A stretch of 64,000 nt of DNA from contig CAWHKX010000004.1 of NCBI GenBank assembly GCA_963830035.1, positions 412,860 through 476,859 of the forward strand, given 5' to 3'. Of the stretch, positions 9,811-17,622 are shown one piece after another; position 1 is the first letter of the stretch; every line of letters begins with the position of its first letter. Made by a program: the position numbers and the translations under genes. The notes below the pieces were generated by a model, which was not told where the DNA came from, ran no database searches, and saw only the letters and a list, made by a program, of their open reading frames with translations. Source of the DNA: an uncultured Actinomycetes bacterium (lineage in GTDB: Bacteria > Actinomycetota > Thermoleophilia > Gaiellales > Gaiellaceae).

Positions 9811-10296
9811 TTAGATCGTCTTGAACTGCTCGAACGGCTGGCGGCAGCTGTCGCAGTAGCGGATCGAGCGACAGGGAGTCGGGCCGAAGAGGTTCTCGAG
9901 GCGAGTCTCCGCGGAGCCGCAGTACGGACAGCGAAATCCGCCACGCTGGAGCTCGACCAGCTTCAGGGCACCGGGCGCGCGCGGGGCAGGTGGTGCAAAA
10001 CCCGCGACCCGCAGCTTCTCTCGCCCTGCCGGCGTGATCTTGTCGGTCGACCACGAGTCGTCGAGTACGACGCGAACGTCAGCCGTCGACCCGAGCTCGT
10101 CCACGCTCTTCTCCATCGCCCGCTGCATCACCTCGAGCGCCGGGCAGCCGAGGAACGTCGGAGTGAAGTCGATGCGCACGCTGCCGTCCTCGACCTCGAC
10201 GTTCTTTATCACCCCGAGATCGACCAGGGAGATGACCGGGATCTCGGGATCGGGGATCTCCGCGAGCGCGGCCCAGACGTCGTCGACGGTTACCAC
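9811..10296 (-). CDS. paaD: Phenylacetate-CoA oxygenase subunit PaaD (PaaJ)
   Basis: GTG at 10296 overlaps the paaC stop. ..VWAALAEIPDPEIPVISLVDLGV.., C-terminal CPYCGS..C..C zinc-ribbon-like cysteines. Confidence 0.85.
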   Translation of the reverse strand: MVTVDDVWAALAEIPDPEIPVISLVDLGVIKNVEVEDGSVRIDFTPTFLGCPALEVMQRAMEKSVDELGSTADVRVVLDDSWSTDKITPAGREKLRVAGFAPPAPRAPGALKLVELQRGGFRCPYCGSAETRLENLFGPTPCRSIRYCDSCRQPFEQFKTI

Positions 10297-10961
10297 TGCG
10301 TACCTGCCGGGGCGGAGCGGCGAACCATCGTCATCTCCTCCCAGAGAGCGGCCAACTCGGCCTCGTGAACACCACGCGACACGGGCTCGACATCCGGGAG
10401 CTCGCGTCCCAATCGCTCCTCGGCACGGCGCCGAAGCTCCGGACGCAGCTCGTCGTCGAGAACACCCAGCGCATAAGGCCAGAGCTCGTCGAGCGCCTCG
10501 TCCAGTCGCGTCCGCCCCTCCTCGGTGGAGAGGAGGCGATCCAGCCACATCTCGGCATGCATGCGGTGATAGGTCTCCTCGCGATCCATCTTCGCGGCGA
10601 TGCCTGCGATCTCGGGATCGTCGGACGTCATGAGCGCGCCGAGCCGGATCTCGTCCGCCGTCTCGTACAGCCAGTGCCGCGCGATCGTCCGTGCCCATTC
10701 GAGTCGACGGAGCTGCACGAACGGCGCGCAGCGGTACTCCTCGGGGGCGCGGTCGAATGCGAGCTCGTCAGCGGTCGTGCCGAGCTCGGCCGCTGCGAGC
10801 TCGTACAGCGCGCGCGCATGGCCGATCTCGTTCTGGGCGATGGAGGAGAACGCGACGTCCTCCTCGAGGAACGGCGCGATGCCGGTCCACTCCGAGTTGC
10901 GCCAACCGAGGAAGAGCTCGTCGTCGGCGATCGCGAGCAGGAGGTCGCTTCGATCGCTCAT
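10290..10961 (-). CDS. paaC: Phenylacetate-CoA oxygenase subunit PaaC (PaaI)
   Basis: 223-aa intact ORF. ..LLAIADDELFLGWRNSEWTGIAPFLEEDVAFSSIAQNEIGHA.. Confidence 0.9.
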   Translation of the reverse strand: MSDRSDLLLAIADDELFLGWRNSEWTGIAPFLEEDVAFSSIAQNEIGHARALYELAAAELGTTADELAFDRAPEEYRCAPFVQLRRLEWARTIARHWLYETADEIRLGALMTSDDPEIAGIAAKMDREETYHRMHAEMWLDRLLSTEEGRTRLDEALDELWPYALGVLDDELRPELRRRAEERLGRELPDVEPVSRGVHEAELAALWEEMTMVRRSAPAGTQW

Positions 10962-11263
10962 TCGGCAGTGGCCACCCCTGGAGCCGCCTCGAGTGTCCCC
11001 GCTCGTTCGCGCGCCTCGCGCAGCCGCGCCTTGATCGAGTACCCGTCCACGCGGCGGTACTTCATCTCGAACTCGTCGGGAAACTCGTCGATCTCGCTCA
11101 CTGCTTCGCGCGGCACGAGCCAGAGAGCGACCGACTCCTGCCGCCGCCCGTACTGCTCGCGCGCGTAGATCTCGGCGAAGCGCTCGTTCGGCGCGTCCAC
11201 CGTGCCCGCGTGCTGTAGCGGCTGCCCCTTACGTTCCTGCCTGAACACCTCGAAGATGCTCAT
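10958..11263 (-). CDS. paaB: Phenylacetate-CoA oxygenase subunit PaaB
   Basis: 101 aa from MSIFEVFRQERKGQPLQHAGTV.. (ATG 11263) within ORF 10958..11521. Confidence 0.9.
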   Translation of the reverse strand: MSIFEVFRQERKGQPLQHAGTVDAPNERFAEIYAREQYGRRQESVALWLVPREAVSEIDEFPDEFEMKYRRVDGYSIKARLREARERAGTLEAAPGVATAE

Positions 11264-11273
11264 GGGCGAGCGT

Positions 11274-12176
11274 TCACGCGGCCTCGGCGAGGACCACCCG
11301 CTCGACCCAGGCCACGTCCTCGCGCGAAAGCCGCCGGAAGGAGAGCCGCTCCTGCGAGGCGGGCCCGTGACCGGTGACGACCGAACGAAGCTTCTCCCAG
11401 TCGGGCTCGGTGTAGCTCCACACGCCCGTCTCCTCGTCCTTCGCGAGCGCCTGGTCCGGGATCTCCAGGCCGAGCTCCCGAATCTGCGGCACGTATCCGT
11501 CGAGGAACTCCTGACGCGCATCCTCGTTCGCCTGGCTCTTGATCCGCCAGACGTACATCGGATCCTCCTCGGCGGGGATCGGGTTGCCGTGGAAGTGCAT
11601 GAGCGGCTCCCACCAGCGGTCGACCGCCTCCTGCACGAGCTCGAACTGCTCCGGTGTCCCGGTGACCATCGCGAGGATCACGTCGCGGCCGTGGAGGATG
11701 TGGAACGACTCCTCCCAGCAGATCTTCTTCATGATCCGCGCGTACGGGGCGTACGAGCACTTGAGAAGCGCCTTCTGCGAGACGATCGCGGCCGCGTCGA
11801 CGAGCCACGCGATGACGCCGACGTCGCCCCAGGTCTTCGTCGGATAGTGGAAGACGTTGTGGAACTTGGCCTTGCCCGAGACGAGATCGTCGAGGCTGGC
11901 GCTCCGCGGCTTGCCGAGATCCTCGACGACGCGATAGATCAGCTGCGCGTGCCCGACCTCGTCCTGGATCTTCGCGGTGAGCGCGAGCTTTCGCTGAAGC
12001 GTCGGCGCGCGCAGGATCCAGTCGCGCTCGGGGAGCACCCCCATGAGCTCGGAGTTGCCGTGCATCTCGATGAACTTGACCAGCTTCGAGCGGTACTCGT
12101 CCGGCATCCAGTCGCCGGTCTCCACCTGCCCGCCCGCCTGGACGTACTCGAGGAACTCCTGGGTGCGCGTTTCCAC
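11274..12176 (-). CDS. paaA: Phenylacetate-CoA oxygenase catalytic subunit PaaA
   Basis: GTG 12176 preceded by AGGAGG. DWMPDEYR, di-iron ligand segments IQDEVGHAQL and WEESFHILHG. Confidence 0.9.
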   Translation of the reverse strand: METRTQEFLEYVQAGGQVETGDWMPDEYRSKLVKFIEMHGNSELMGVLPERDWILRAPTLQRKLALTAKIQDEVGHAQLIYRVVEDLGKPRSASLDDLVSGKAKFHNVFHYPTKTWGDVGVIAWLVDAAAIVSQKALLKCSYAPYARIMKKICWEESFHILHGRDVILAMVTGTPEQFELVQEAVDRWWEPLMHFHGNPIPAEEDPMYVWRIKSQANEDARQEFLDGYVPQIRELGLEIPDQALAKDEETGVWSYTEPDWEKLRSVVTGHGPASQERLSFRRLSREDVAWVERVVLAEAA

Positions 12177-12191
12177 GATTTGGCCTCCTAC

Positions 12192-12205
12192 CGAACGGTC
12201 GTTAG
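12192..12205. promoter_or_regulatory. Candidate PaaR operator CGAACGGTCGTTAG (AACG-N2-CGTT dyad) in the 42-bp paaA / TetR divergent gap
   Basis: Perfect dyad seen in sequence. It fits the CNAACGNNCGTTNG pattern I recall for Thermus PaaR (recollection, unverified). Confidence 0.4.
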
Positions 12206-12218
12206 CATGGGAGTATAG

Positions 12219-12794
12219 ATGACCACCCGCAGGGATCAGCTGACGCGAGAGGCAGCGAGGCTCTTCGCCGAGCGCGGCTTTCACGGCACGTCCATGGGGG
12301 ACCTGGCGGAAGCTCTAGGGGTTCAGAAGGGCTCGCTCTACTCGCTGACGGGCTCGAAGCAGCAGTTGCTGCTCGACACGATGCGGGAGGGGGCGCGCGC
12401 ATTTCATGCCGCACTCGACGAGGTTTCGGAGCGGGGTCCGGCGGCCGAGCGCGTCCGCCTCGCTCTGCGGGGCCATCTCCGCGTCGTCTCGGAGCAGCTC
12501 GACGTCGCGACGGTGTTCACCCGGGAGTGGCGCTATCTCGAGGGTGCAGATCGCGAGGAGATCCTCGCCGAGCGCCGGCGCTACGAGGAACGCTGGCGTG
12601 CGCTGTTCCAGGAGGGTCTCGACTCGGGAGGTCTGCGCACCGATCTCGACGCGGGAGCAGCCGCGCTCCTCGTCCTCTCGGCCGCGAACTGGGCGTACAC
12701 CTGGCTCATGCCGGGCCGGGACACCGACGAGCTCGCGGACCGTTTCACGGCCATCCTCGTCGACGGCATCCGCGGCTACGCCACGTCCGCGTAG
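12219..12794 (+). CDS. TetR-family transcriptional regulator, PaaR-like
   Basis: 191 aa. N-terminal HTH LFAERGFHGTSMGDLAEALGVQKGSLYS. Divergent from paaABCD. Confidence 0.8.
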   Translation: MTTRRDQLTREAARLFAERGFHGTSMGDLAEALGVQKGSLYSLTGSKQQLLLDTMREGARAFHAALDEVSERGPAAERVRLALRGHLRVVSEQLDVATVFTREWRYLEGADREEILAERRRYEERWRALFQEGLDSGGLRTDLDAGAAALLVLSAANWAYTWLMPGRDTDELADRFTAILVDGIRGYATSA

Positions 12795-12863
12795 GCCAGT
12801 ACCACTGTGGACACGTTGTCGCGATGTTGACGCTCGTGCAGTGCCAGGCACTGTAAAGAGACG

Positions 12864-13745
12864 ATGGCCAGGCTCCTCATCGCAAACCCCTGGGCTTCGG
12901 GCGTCGACGAGCACCGGCTCGCCGGCGTTCGCGAAGCGCTTCCCGCGGACACCGAGCTTCGGCTGACGAGCGCTCGCGACGAGGCGACCGCGATCGCGCG
13001 CGAGGTCTCCGGCCAGGTCGAGGCGCTCTACGTCTTCGGTGGCGACGGAACGTTCAACGAGGTGCTGAACGGCATCGACGAAACGACGCCGCTCGGGCTC
13101 ATCCCCGGTGGCGGCACGAGCGTGCTTCCCCGTGCGCTCGGTCTCCCGCGCGCCTCGGCCGCGGCGGCCCGGCGCCTGGCAGGGAGCGCGCGATCCCGCC
13201 GGATCGGGCTCGGACGGGTGAACGGACGGCGCTTCGGCTTCGCGTGCGGCGTCGGCCTCGACGCCGAGATCGTGCGCGCGGTCGACGAGCTCGGCCGCCG
13301 CTCGGACGGTCGGCGTCCGGGGAACGTCGTCTTCGCGTGGACGGGCCTTCGCACGCTGGCGCGGCACCGCTATCGGCTCGATCCCGCGCTCGAGGTGAAC
13401 GGGCACGGGAGGGCTGCCTTCGCGCTCGTCTCCAACGGCCCCTTGTACAGCTACGCGGGACCGATTCCCCTGCATGCATCGCCGAGCGCGACGTTCGAGG
13501 GGGGCCTCGACCTCGTCGCGCCGATGTCGGTGCGAGCGCGCGACATCCCGCGGATCGCCCGCTACGCCGTCGGTCGGAGCGACCGCGCGACTGCCCGCGA
13601 TCTCGTCTACCTGCACGACGCCGACCGCATCGAGATCGTGTGCGACCGCCCGCTCGCGCTGCAGGCCGACGGGGAGGACCTGGGCGACGTCGAGGAGGTC
13701 GTCTTCGAGGCCGAACGCGATGCCGTGACCGTGCTCGCGCCTTAG
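12864..13745 (+). CDS. Diacylglycerol/lipid kinase family protein (YegS/BmrU-like)
   Basis: 293 aa. VFGGDGTFNEVLNG, LGLIPGGGTSVLPRALG. Confidence 0.85.
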   Translation: MARLLIANPWASGVDEHRLAGVREALPADTELRLTSARDEATAIAREVSGQVEALYVFGGDGTFNEVLNGIDETTPLGLIPGGGTSVLPRALGLPRASAAAARRLAGSARSRRIGLGRVNGRRFGFACGVGLDAEIVRAVDELGRRSDGRRPGNVVFAWTGLRTLARHRYRLDPALEVNGHGRAAFALVSNGPLYSYAGPIPLHASPSATFEGGLDLVAPMSVRARDIPRIARYAVGRSDRATARDLVYLHDADRIEIVCDRPLALQADGEDLGDVEEVVFEAERDAVTVLAP

Positions 13746-13765
13746 TTCTCACGAACAACTTAGAA

Positions 13766-13799
13766 ATAGTCCGAAGCGGACTAAGCCGCTTCGGACTAT
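13766..13799. terminator. Perfect 14-bp-stem hairpin (ATAGTCCGAAGCGG-actaag-CCGCTTCGGACTAT) in an AT-rich gap
   Basis: Inverted repeat read directly. It lies 20 nt after the lipid-kinase stop. No clear U-tract, so the terminator role is inferred. Confidence 0.5.
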
Positions 13800-13831
13800 G
13801 GTCAAGACGTCGAGCGCAACTCGAACGCTGA

Positions 13832-14149
13832 CGAGGTCGGCTCGTCCTCCTGACCGGCCGCGTCACGTTCTCGGCCGGCGGCAACTTCGTCGCCGAGGTG
13901 GACGCGTTCACCCGCGCGCGGATCGTCGGCGAGGCAGCCGGCGGCAGCCCGCACAACTACGGCGATGCCGAGCAGGTCGAGCTCGACGCGCTCGGCTGGA
14001 CGGTCTACGTGCCACCACAGTACGTCGAGGTTCTCGGCCGTCCTGACGAACGGGTGGCGATCGAGCCGGACGTTCCGGTGCGGATCGGCGCCGAAGACCA
14101 CTTCGTCGGGCGCGATCCGGTGCTCGCCAAGGCGCTCGCGCTCCGCTGA
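13832..14149 (+). pseudogene. C-terminal remnant of an S41-type (C-terminal processing / tricorn-like) peptidase
   Basis: The frame opens at 13832 with no start codon. ..VLLTGRVTFSAGGNFVAEVDAFTRARIVGEAAGG.. resembles the catalytic-Ser segment and tail of S41 peptidases. The N-terminal ~300 aa are absent. Confidence 0.45.
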
Positions 14150-14190
14150 AGCCCGTCCGCGAGGCCCGTTCCAAATACACTGAGACCCGA

Positions 14191-15258
14191 ATGAGCCAGG
14201 TGCTGCCGGCGGAGGGAGGCTTGCGCCGCGTCATCGGCGACGGTGAGTCGCTCCCCGACGGCGAGGTGGACGGCCTCGGATCCGATCAGCTGCTCGCGCT
14301 CTACCGCGATCTCGTGCTCCTGCGTACGTACGACGAGCGCTCGGTCGTGTATCACCGGCAGGGGCGGATCGGGACGTACGCCATCTTCTGGAACCACGAG
14401 GCCATGCAGGCCGGTGGGGTCTTCGCGCTCGAGGAGCGCGACTGGATCTTCCCGGCGTACCGCGAGTCCGCGATCGGGCTCCTGCGCGGAATGCCGGTGT
14501 CGACCGTGCTCTCCTGGTGGAGAGGGCATCCGGCGGGGTGGTGGAATCCGGCGGAGTTCAACGTCGCGTCGATCTGTGTCCCGATCGCGACGCAGATCCC
14601 CCATGCGGTCGGGTTTGCCTGGGGATCCGCTCTCAAGGGCGAGGATCGAGTCGCACTCACCTTCTTCGGCGACGGTGCGACCTCGGAAGGGTCGTTTCAC
14701 GAGGGTGCGACCTTTGCCGGCGTCATGAAGGCGCCGGTCGTCCTGTTCTGCAACAACAACCAGTGGGCGATCTCGACTCCGCTCTCGGCGCAGACCGCCG
14801 CGCCCACGCTCGCCGACAAGGCCATCGGCTACGGGATGCCGGGAGTCCGGGTCGACGGCGGTGACGTCCTCGCCGTCTTCGAGGCGACGCGCGAGGCGGT
14901 GACTCGAGCACGCGCCGGCGAGGGACCGACCTTCATCGAAGCGGTGACCTATCGTGCGGCGCCTCATGCGACCGCCGACGACCCGTCGATCTACATCGAT
15001 TCGGAACGCGTGGAAGAAGAGAGGGAGAACGAGTGCGTCGGCCGCTTCGAGCGCTATCTGCTCCGCACCGGAGTCCTCACCGATTCGCGCGCGGCGGAGA
15101 TCAAGCAGGAAGCGCTCGAGCTCATGCGAACCGGAATCGCGGAAGCAGAGGCCGAGCCGCCCGCCGACCCAGGGCTCGTCTTCGAGCACGCCTATGCGAA
15201 TCCGCCGCCGTCGCTCGCGGACGACCTCGCCGAGCTGAGGAGAGTTCTCGGTGAGTGA
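14191..15258 (+). CDS. 2-oxoacid (pyruvate/branched-chain) dehydrogenase E1 alpha subunit, ThDP-dependent
   Basis: 355 aa. YRESAIG, FFGDGATSEGSFHEG, NNQWAISTP. Confidence 0.9.
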   Translation: MSQVLPAEGGLRRVIGDGESLPDGEVDGLGSDQLLALYRDLVLLRTYDERSVVYHRQGRIGTYAIFWNHEAMQAGGVFALEERDWIFPAYRESAIGLLRGMPVSTVLSWWRGHPAGWWNPAEFNVASICVPIATQIPHAVGFAWGSALKGEDRVALTFFGDGATSEGSFHEGATFAGVMKAPVVLFCNNNQWAISTPLSAQTAAPTLADKAIGYGMPGVRVDGGDVLAVFEATREAVTRARAGEGPTFIEAVTYRAAPHATADDPSIYIDSERVEEERENECVGRFERYLLRTGVLTDSRAAEIKQEALELMRTGIAEAEAEPPADPGLVFEHAYANPPPSLADDLAELRRVLGE

Positions 15259-16225
15259 GCGCTTCCTGGTGGAGGCGGTCAACGACGCGCTCCACGTCGA
15301 GCTCGAGCGGGATCCCTCCGTGCTCGTCATGGGCGAGGACGTCGGGCGCCTCGGCGGCGTCTTCCGTGCGACGGCAGGGCTCCAGGAGCGCTTCGGCCCC
15401 GACCGCTGCGTGGACACTCCACTGGCGGAGGCCGGAATCCTCGGAACGGCCGTCGGGCTCTGCATGGCGGGCTGGCGGCCGGTCTGCGAGATGCAGTACG
15501 ACGCCTTCAGCTACCCCGCGCTCGACCAGCTGATCAACCACGTCGGCAGGTACCGCTGGCGCACGCGCGGGACGATGTCCTTCCCGCTCGTGATCCGCAT
15601 GCCGTACGGAGGAGGTGTGCGTGCGCCCGAGCTGCACGACGACTCTCCCGAGACCTACTACGTGCACACGCCGGGCGTGAAGGTCGCGATCCCGTCCACA
15701 CCGGCCGATGCGAAGGGCCTGCTCGCCGCGGCCATTCGCGATCCGGACCCGGTCGTGATCCTCGAGCCGAAGCTCATCTATCGCACCGCGCGAGGCTCCG
15801 TGCCGGACGGGGAACACGTCGTGCCGCTCGGCAAGGCGCGGATCGCCCGCGAAGGCTCGGACGTCACGCTGGTCGCCTACGGCGCCATGGTTCCCCTCGC
15901 CGAACGAGCCGCGGACGCGCTCGAGGACGAGGCGTCGTGCGAGGTGCTCGACCTGCGGAGCCTGAAGCCGCTCGACGAGGATGCGCTGCTCGCGTCCGTC
16001 GGCAAGACCGGGCGTGCCGTCATCGTGCAGGAAGCGCCGCGTGTGTGCGGGTTCGCCGCCGAGGTCGCCGCCGTGCTCGCCGAGAAGGCGATCTTCGACC
16101 TGCGCGGGCCGGTGCTCCGGGTGACGGGCTACGACGTGCCGTATCCCTACTGGCAGATCGAGGACGCGTACATGCCGTCGGTCGAGCGCGTCCGAGATGC
16201 CGTGCGGCGACTGCTCGCGGCCTAG
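15251..16225 (+). CDS. 2-oxoacid dehydrogenase E1 beta subunit
   Basis: 324 aa. VMGEDVGRLGGVFRAT, DTPLAEAGI, ILEPK. Overlaps E1 alpha by 8 nt. Confidence 0.9.
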   Translation: MSERFLVEAVNDALHVELERDPSVLVMGEDVGRLGGVFRATAGLQERFGPDRCVDTPLAEAGILGTAVGLCMAGWRPVCEMQYDAFSYPALDQLINHVGRYRWRTRGTMSFPLVIRMPYGGGVRAPELHDDSPETYYVHTPGVKVAIPSTPADAKGLLAAAIRDPDPVVILEPKLIYRTARGSVPDGEHVVPLGKARIAREGSDVTLVAYGAMVPLAERAADALEDEASCEVLDLRSLKPLDEDALLASVGKTGRAVIVQEAPRVCGFAAEVAAVLAEKAIFDLRGPVLRVTGYDVPYPYWQIEDAYMPSVERVRDAVRRLLAA

Positions 16226-16239
16226 AGGCTCTTGGAGAG

Positions 16240-16626
16240 GTGGCGGACCGGCTCCGCCTGTGGCTCGAACGAGGTGATCGCGGCTACCACCTGCGCGATG
16301 CCGAGACCGAGGCACCCGTGCGCTGGGAAGACCCTCGGATCCGTGTCGTCCCCGTGGCCGGCGTCTCCTACAGGCAGGAGGTGCTCGACGATTCGTCGTT
16401 CGACCCCGGCCGTCGCCTGGCGCTCGTTCCCGAGCCCGACAATCCCCATGACCAGCACGCGGTAGCGATCTTCAACGCGGAGCGGACCCTGCAGCTCGGC
16501 TACGTCCCGGCGGCCGTCGCTCCCGAGCTGGCGGGAGACGAGCTAGCGGTCTCGCTGTGGCGGGTCGACGGCGGCTTGCGCGTCCTCATCGCGACGGCAG
16601 ATACCTGGATCGGAACGCCTCGCTAG
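16240..16626 (+). CDS. HIRAN-domain protein
   Basis: VVPVAGVSYRQEVL..LVPEPDNPHDQHAVAIF...LGYVP is the HIRAN signature. GTG 16240 is the first start after the E1 beta stop, so the start is uncertain. Confidence 0.65.
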   Translation: MADRLRLWLERGDRGYHLRDAETEAPVRWEDPRIRVVPVAGVSYRQEVLDDSSFDPGRRLALVPEPDNPHDQHAVAIFNAERTLQLGYVPAAVAPELAGDELAVSLWRVDGGLRVLIATADTWIGTPR

Positions 16627-16657
16627 TGTCGGCGGTCGTGAGGGGAGGCGCAGGCTC

Positions 16658-17278
16658 GTGATCGACCCGCCGTACCGGATCGTCTCCGAGCGCCTCGTAA
16701 TCCGTTGCTGGGAGCCTCGGGACGCACCGGGTCTCAAGGAGGCCGTCGACTCGAGCCTGGACGAGCTGCGACCGTGGATGCCGTGGGCGCGCGCGGAGCC
16801 GCAGGAGCTCTCCGAGAAGGTCGCGTTGCTCCGCAGGTTCCGTGGGGCGTTCGACCTGGGTACCGATTTCGTCATGGGAATCTTCGACCTCGACGACGGC
16901 CACGTTCTGGGCGGCACGGGGTTGCACCGGCGCCGGAGCGCGGAGGCGCTCGAGATCGGCTACTGGATCAGGTCGAGCCATGTCGGTCGTGGGCTGGCAA
17001 CCGAGTCGAGCGCCGCGCTGACGCGGGTGGCCTTCGAGCTGTGCGATGTCGACCGGGTCGAGATCCGAGTCGACCCTGCGAATGAGGCCAGCCTGACGAT
17101 CCCCCGAAAGCTTGGCTATGTCGAGGAGGGGATCTTGCGACGCCGCCTCCCACCCGACGAAGACGGTGTGCCGCGCGACGTGATCGTCTTCAGCCTCTTC
17201 CGGGACGGGTTTGCAGACTCCTACGCCTCGTCGACACCCGTCCAGGCCTTCGCTGCCGGTGGCGAGCGCGTCCTGTGA
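16658..17278 (+). CDS. GNAT-family N-acetyltransferase (RimJ/RimL-like)
   Basis: 206 aa. ..LEIGYWIRSSHVGRGLATES..RVEIRVDPANEASLTIPRKLGY. Confidence 0.85.
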   Translation: MIDPPYRIVSERLVIRCWEPRDAPGLKEAVDSSLDELRPWMPWARAEPQELSEKVALLRRFRGAFDLGTDFVMGIFDLDDGHVLGGTGLHRRRSAEALEIGYWIRSSHVGRGLATESSAALTRVAFELCDVDRVEIRVDPANEASLTIPRKLGYVEEGILRRRLPPDEDGVPRDVIVFSLFRDGFADSYASSTPVQAFAAGGERVL

Positions 17279-17604
17279 GGGACGCCTGGCTCGTCTACCT
17301 CGCGCTCGGGGCGCTGTTCGTGCTCGTGTGCGGCTTGCTGGCCGGCGCCTGGGCTCGGGGACGCCTGGGCACCGCCTCCGTCATCCTGTTCGTCGCCGCG
17401 GCCTGTGTATGGGTGCTCGACTTCGCGGCGATCTCGTCGGACTACCGCGATGCCGACGGCTTCTTCGACTGTGGAGAGGACTGCACGGGCGTGCACTTCT
17501 CTACGGCTGTCGGCTTTCTCGCTCCTCCGCTCCTGATCGCGATGTCGGCGTTGGCGGCGCTGATCACGCTGATGCGCCGCCGCCGCGCGCGTCTTGCCGG
17601 ATAG
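17275..17604 (+). CDS. Hypothetical membrane protein (3 predicted TM helices)
   Basis: 109-aa ORF. GTGA overlap with the GNAT gene. Hydrophobic helices, basic C-terminus. Confidence 0.55.
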   Translation: MRDAWLVYLALGALFVLVCGLLAGAWARGRLGTASVILFVAAACVWVLDFAAISSDYRDADGFFDCGEDCTGVHFSTAVGFLAPPLLIAMSALAALITLMRRRRARLAG

Positions 17605-17622
17605 ACGAGAATCGCGAGAGCG

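Noticed and set aside
12795-12863. Palindromes CCACTGTGG and CAGTGCC-A-GGCACTG between the TetR and lipid-kinase genes
   Set aside because: They are short (7-bp arms) and could be a terminator or nothing. There is no second copy or known motif to support a call.
12315-16315. Long minus-strand ORFs 12315..13616, 14005..15465 and 15122..16315
   Set aside because: They are Arg-rich shadows opposite the TetR, lipid kinase and E1 alpha/beta genes, which carry clear family motifs.
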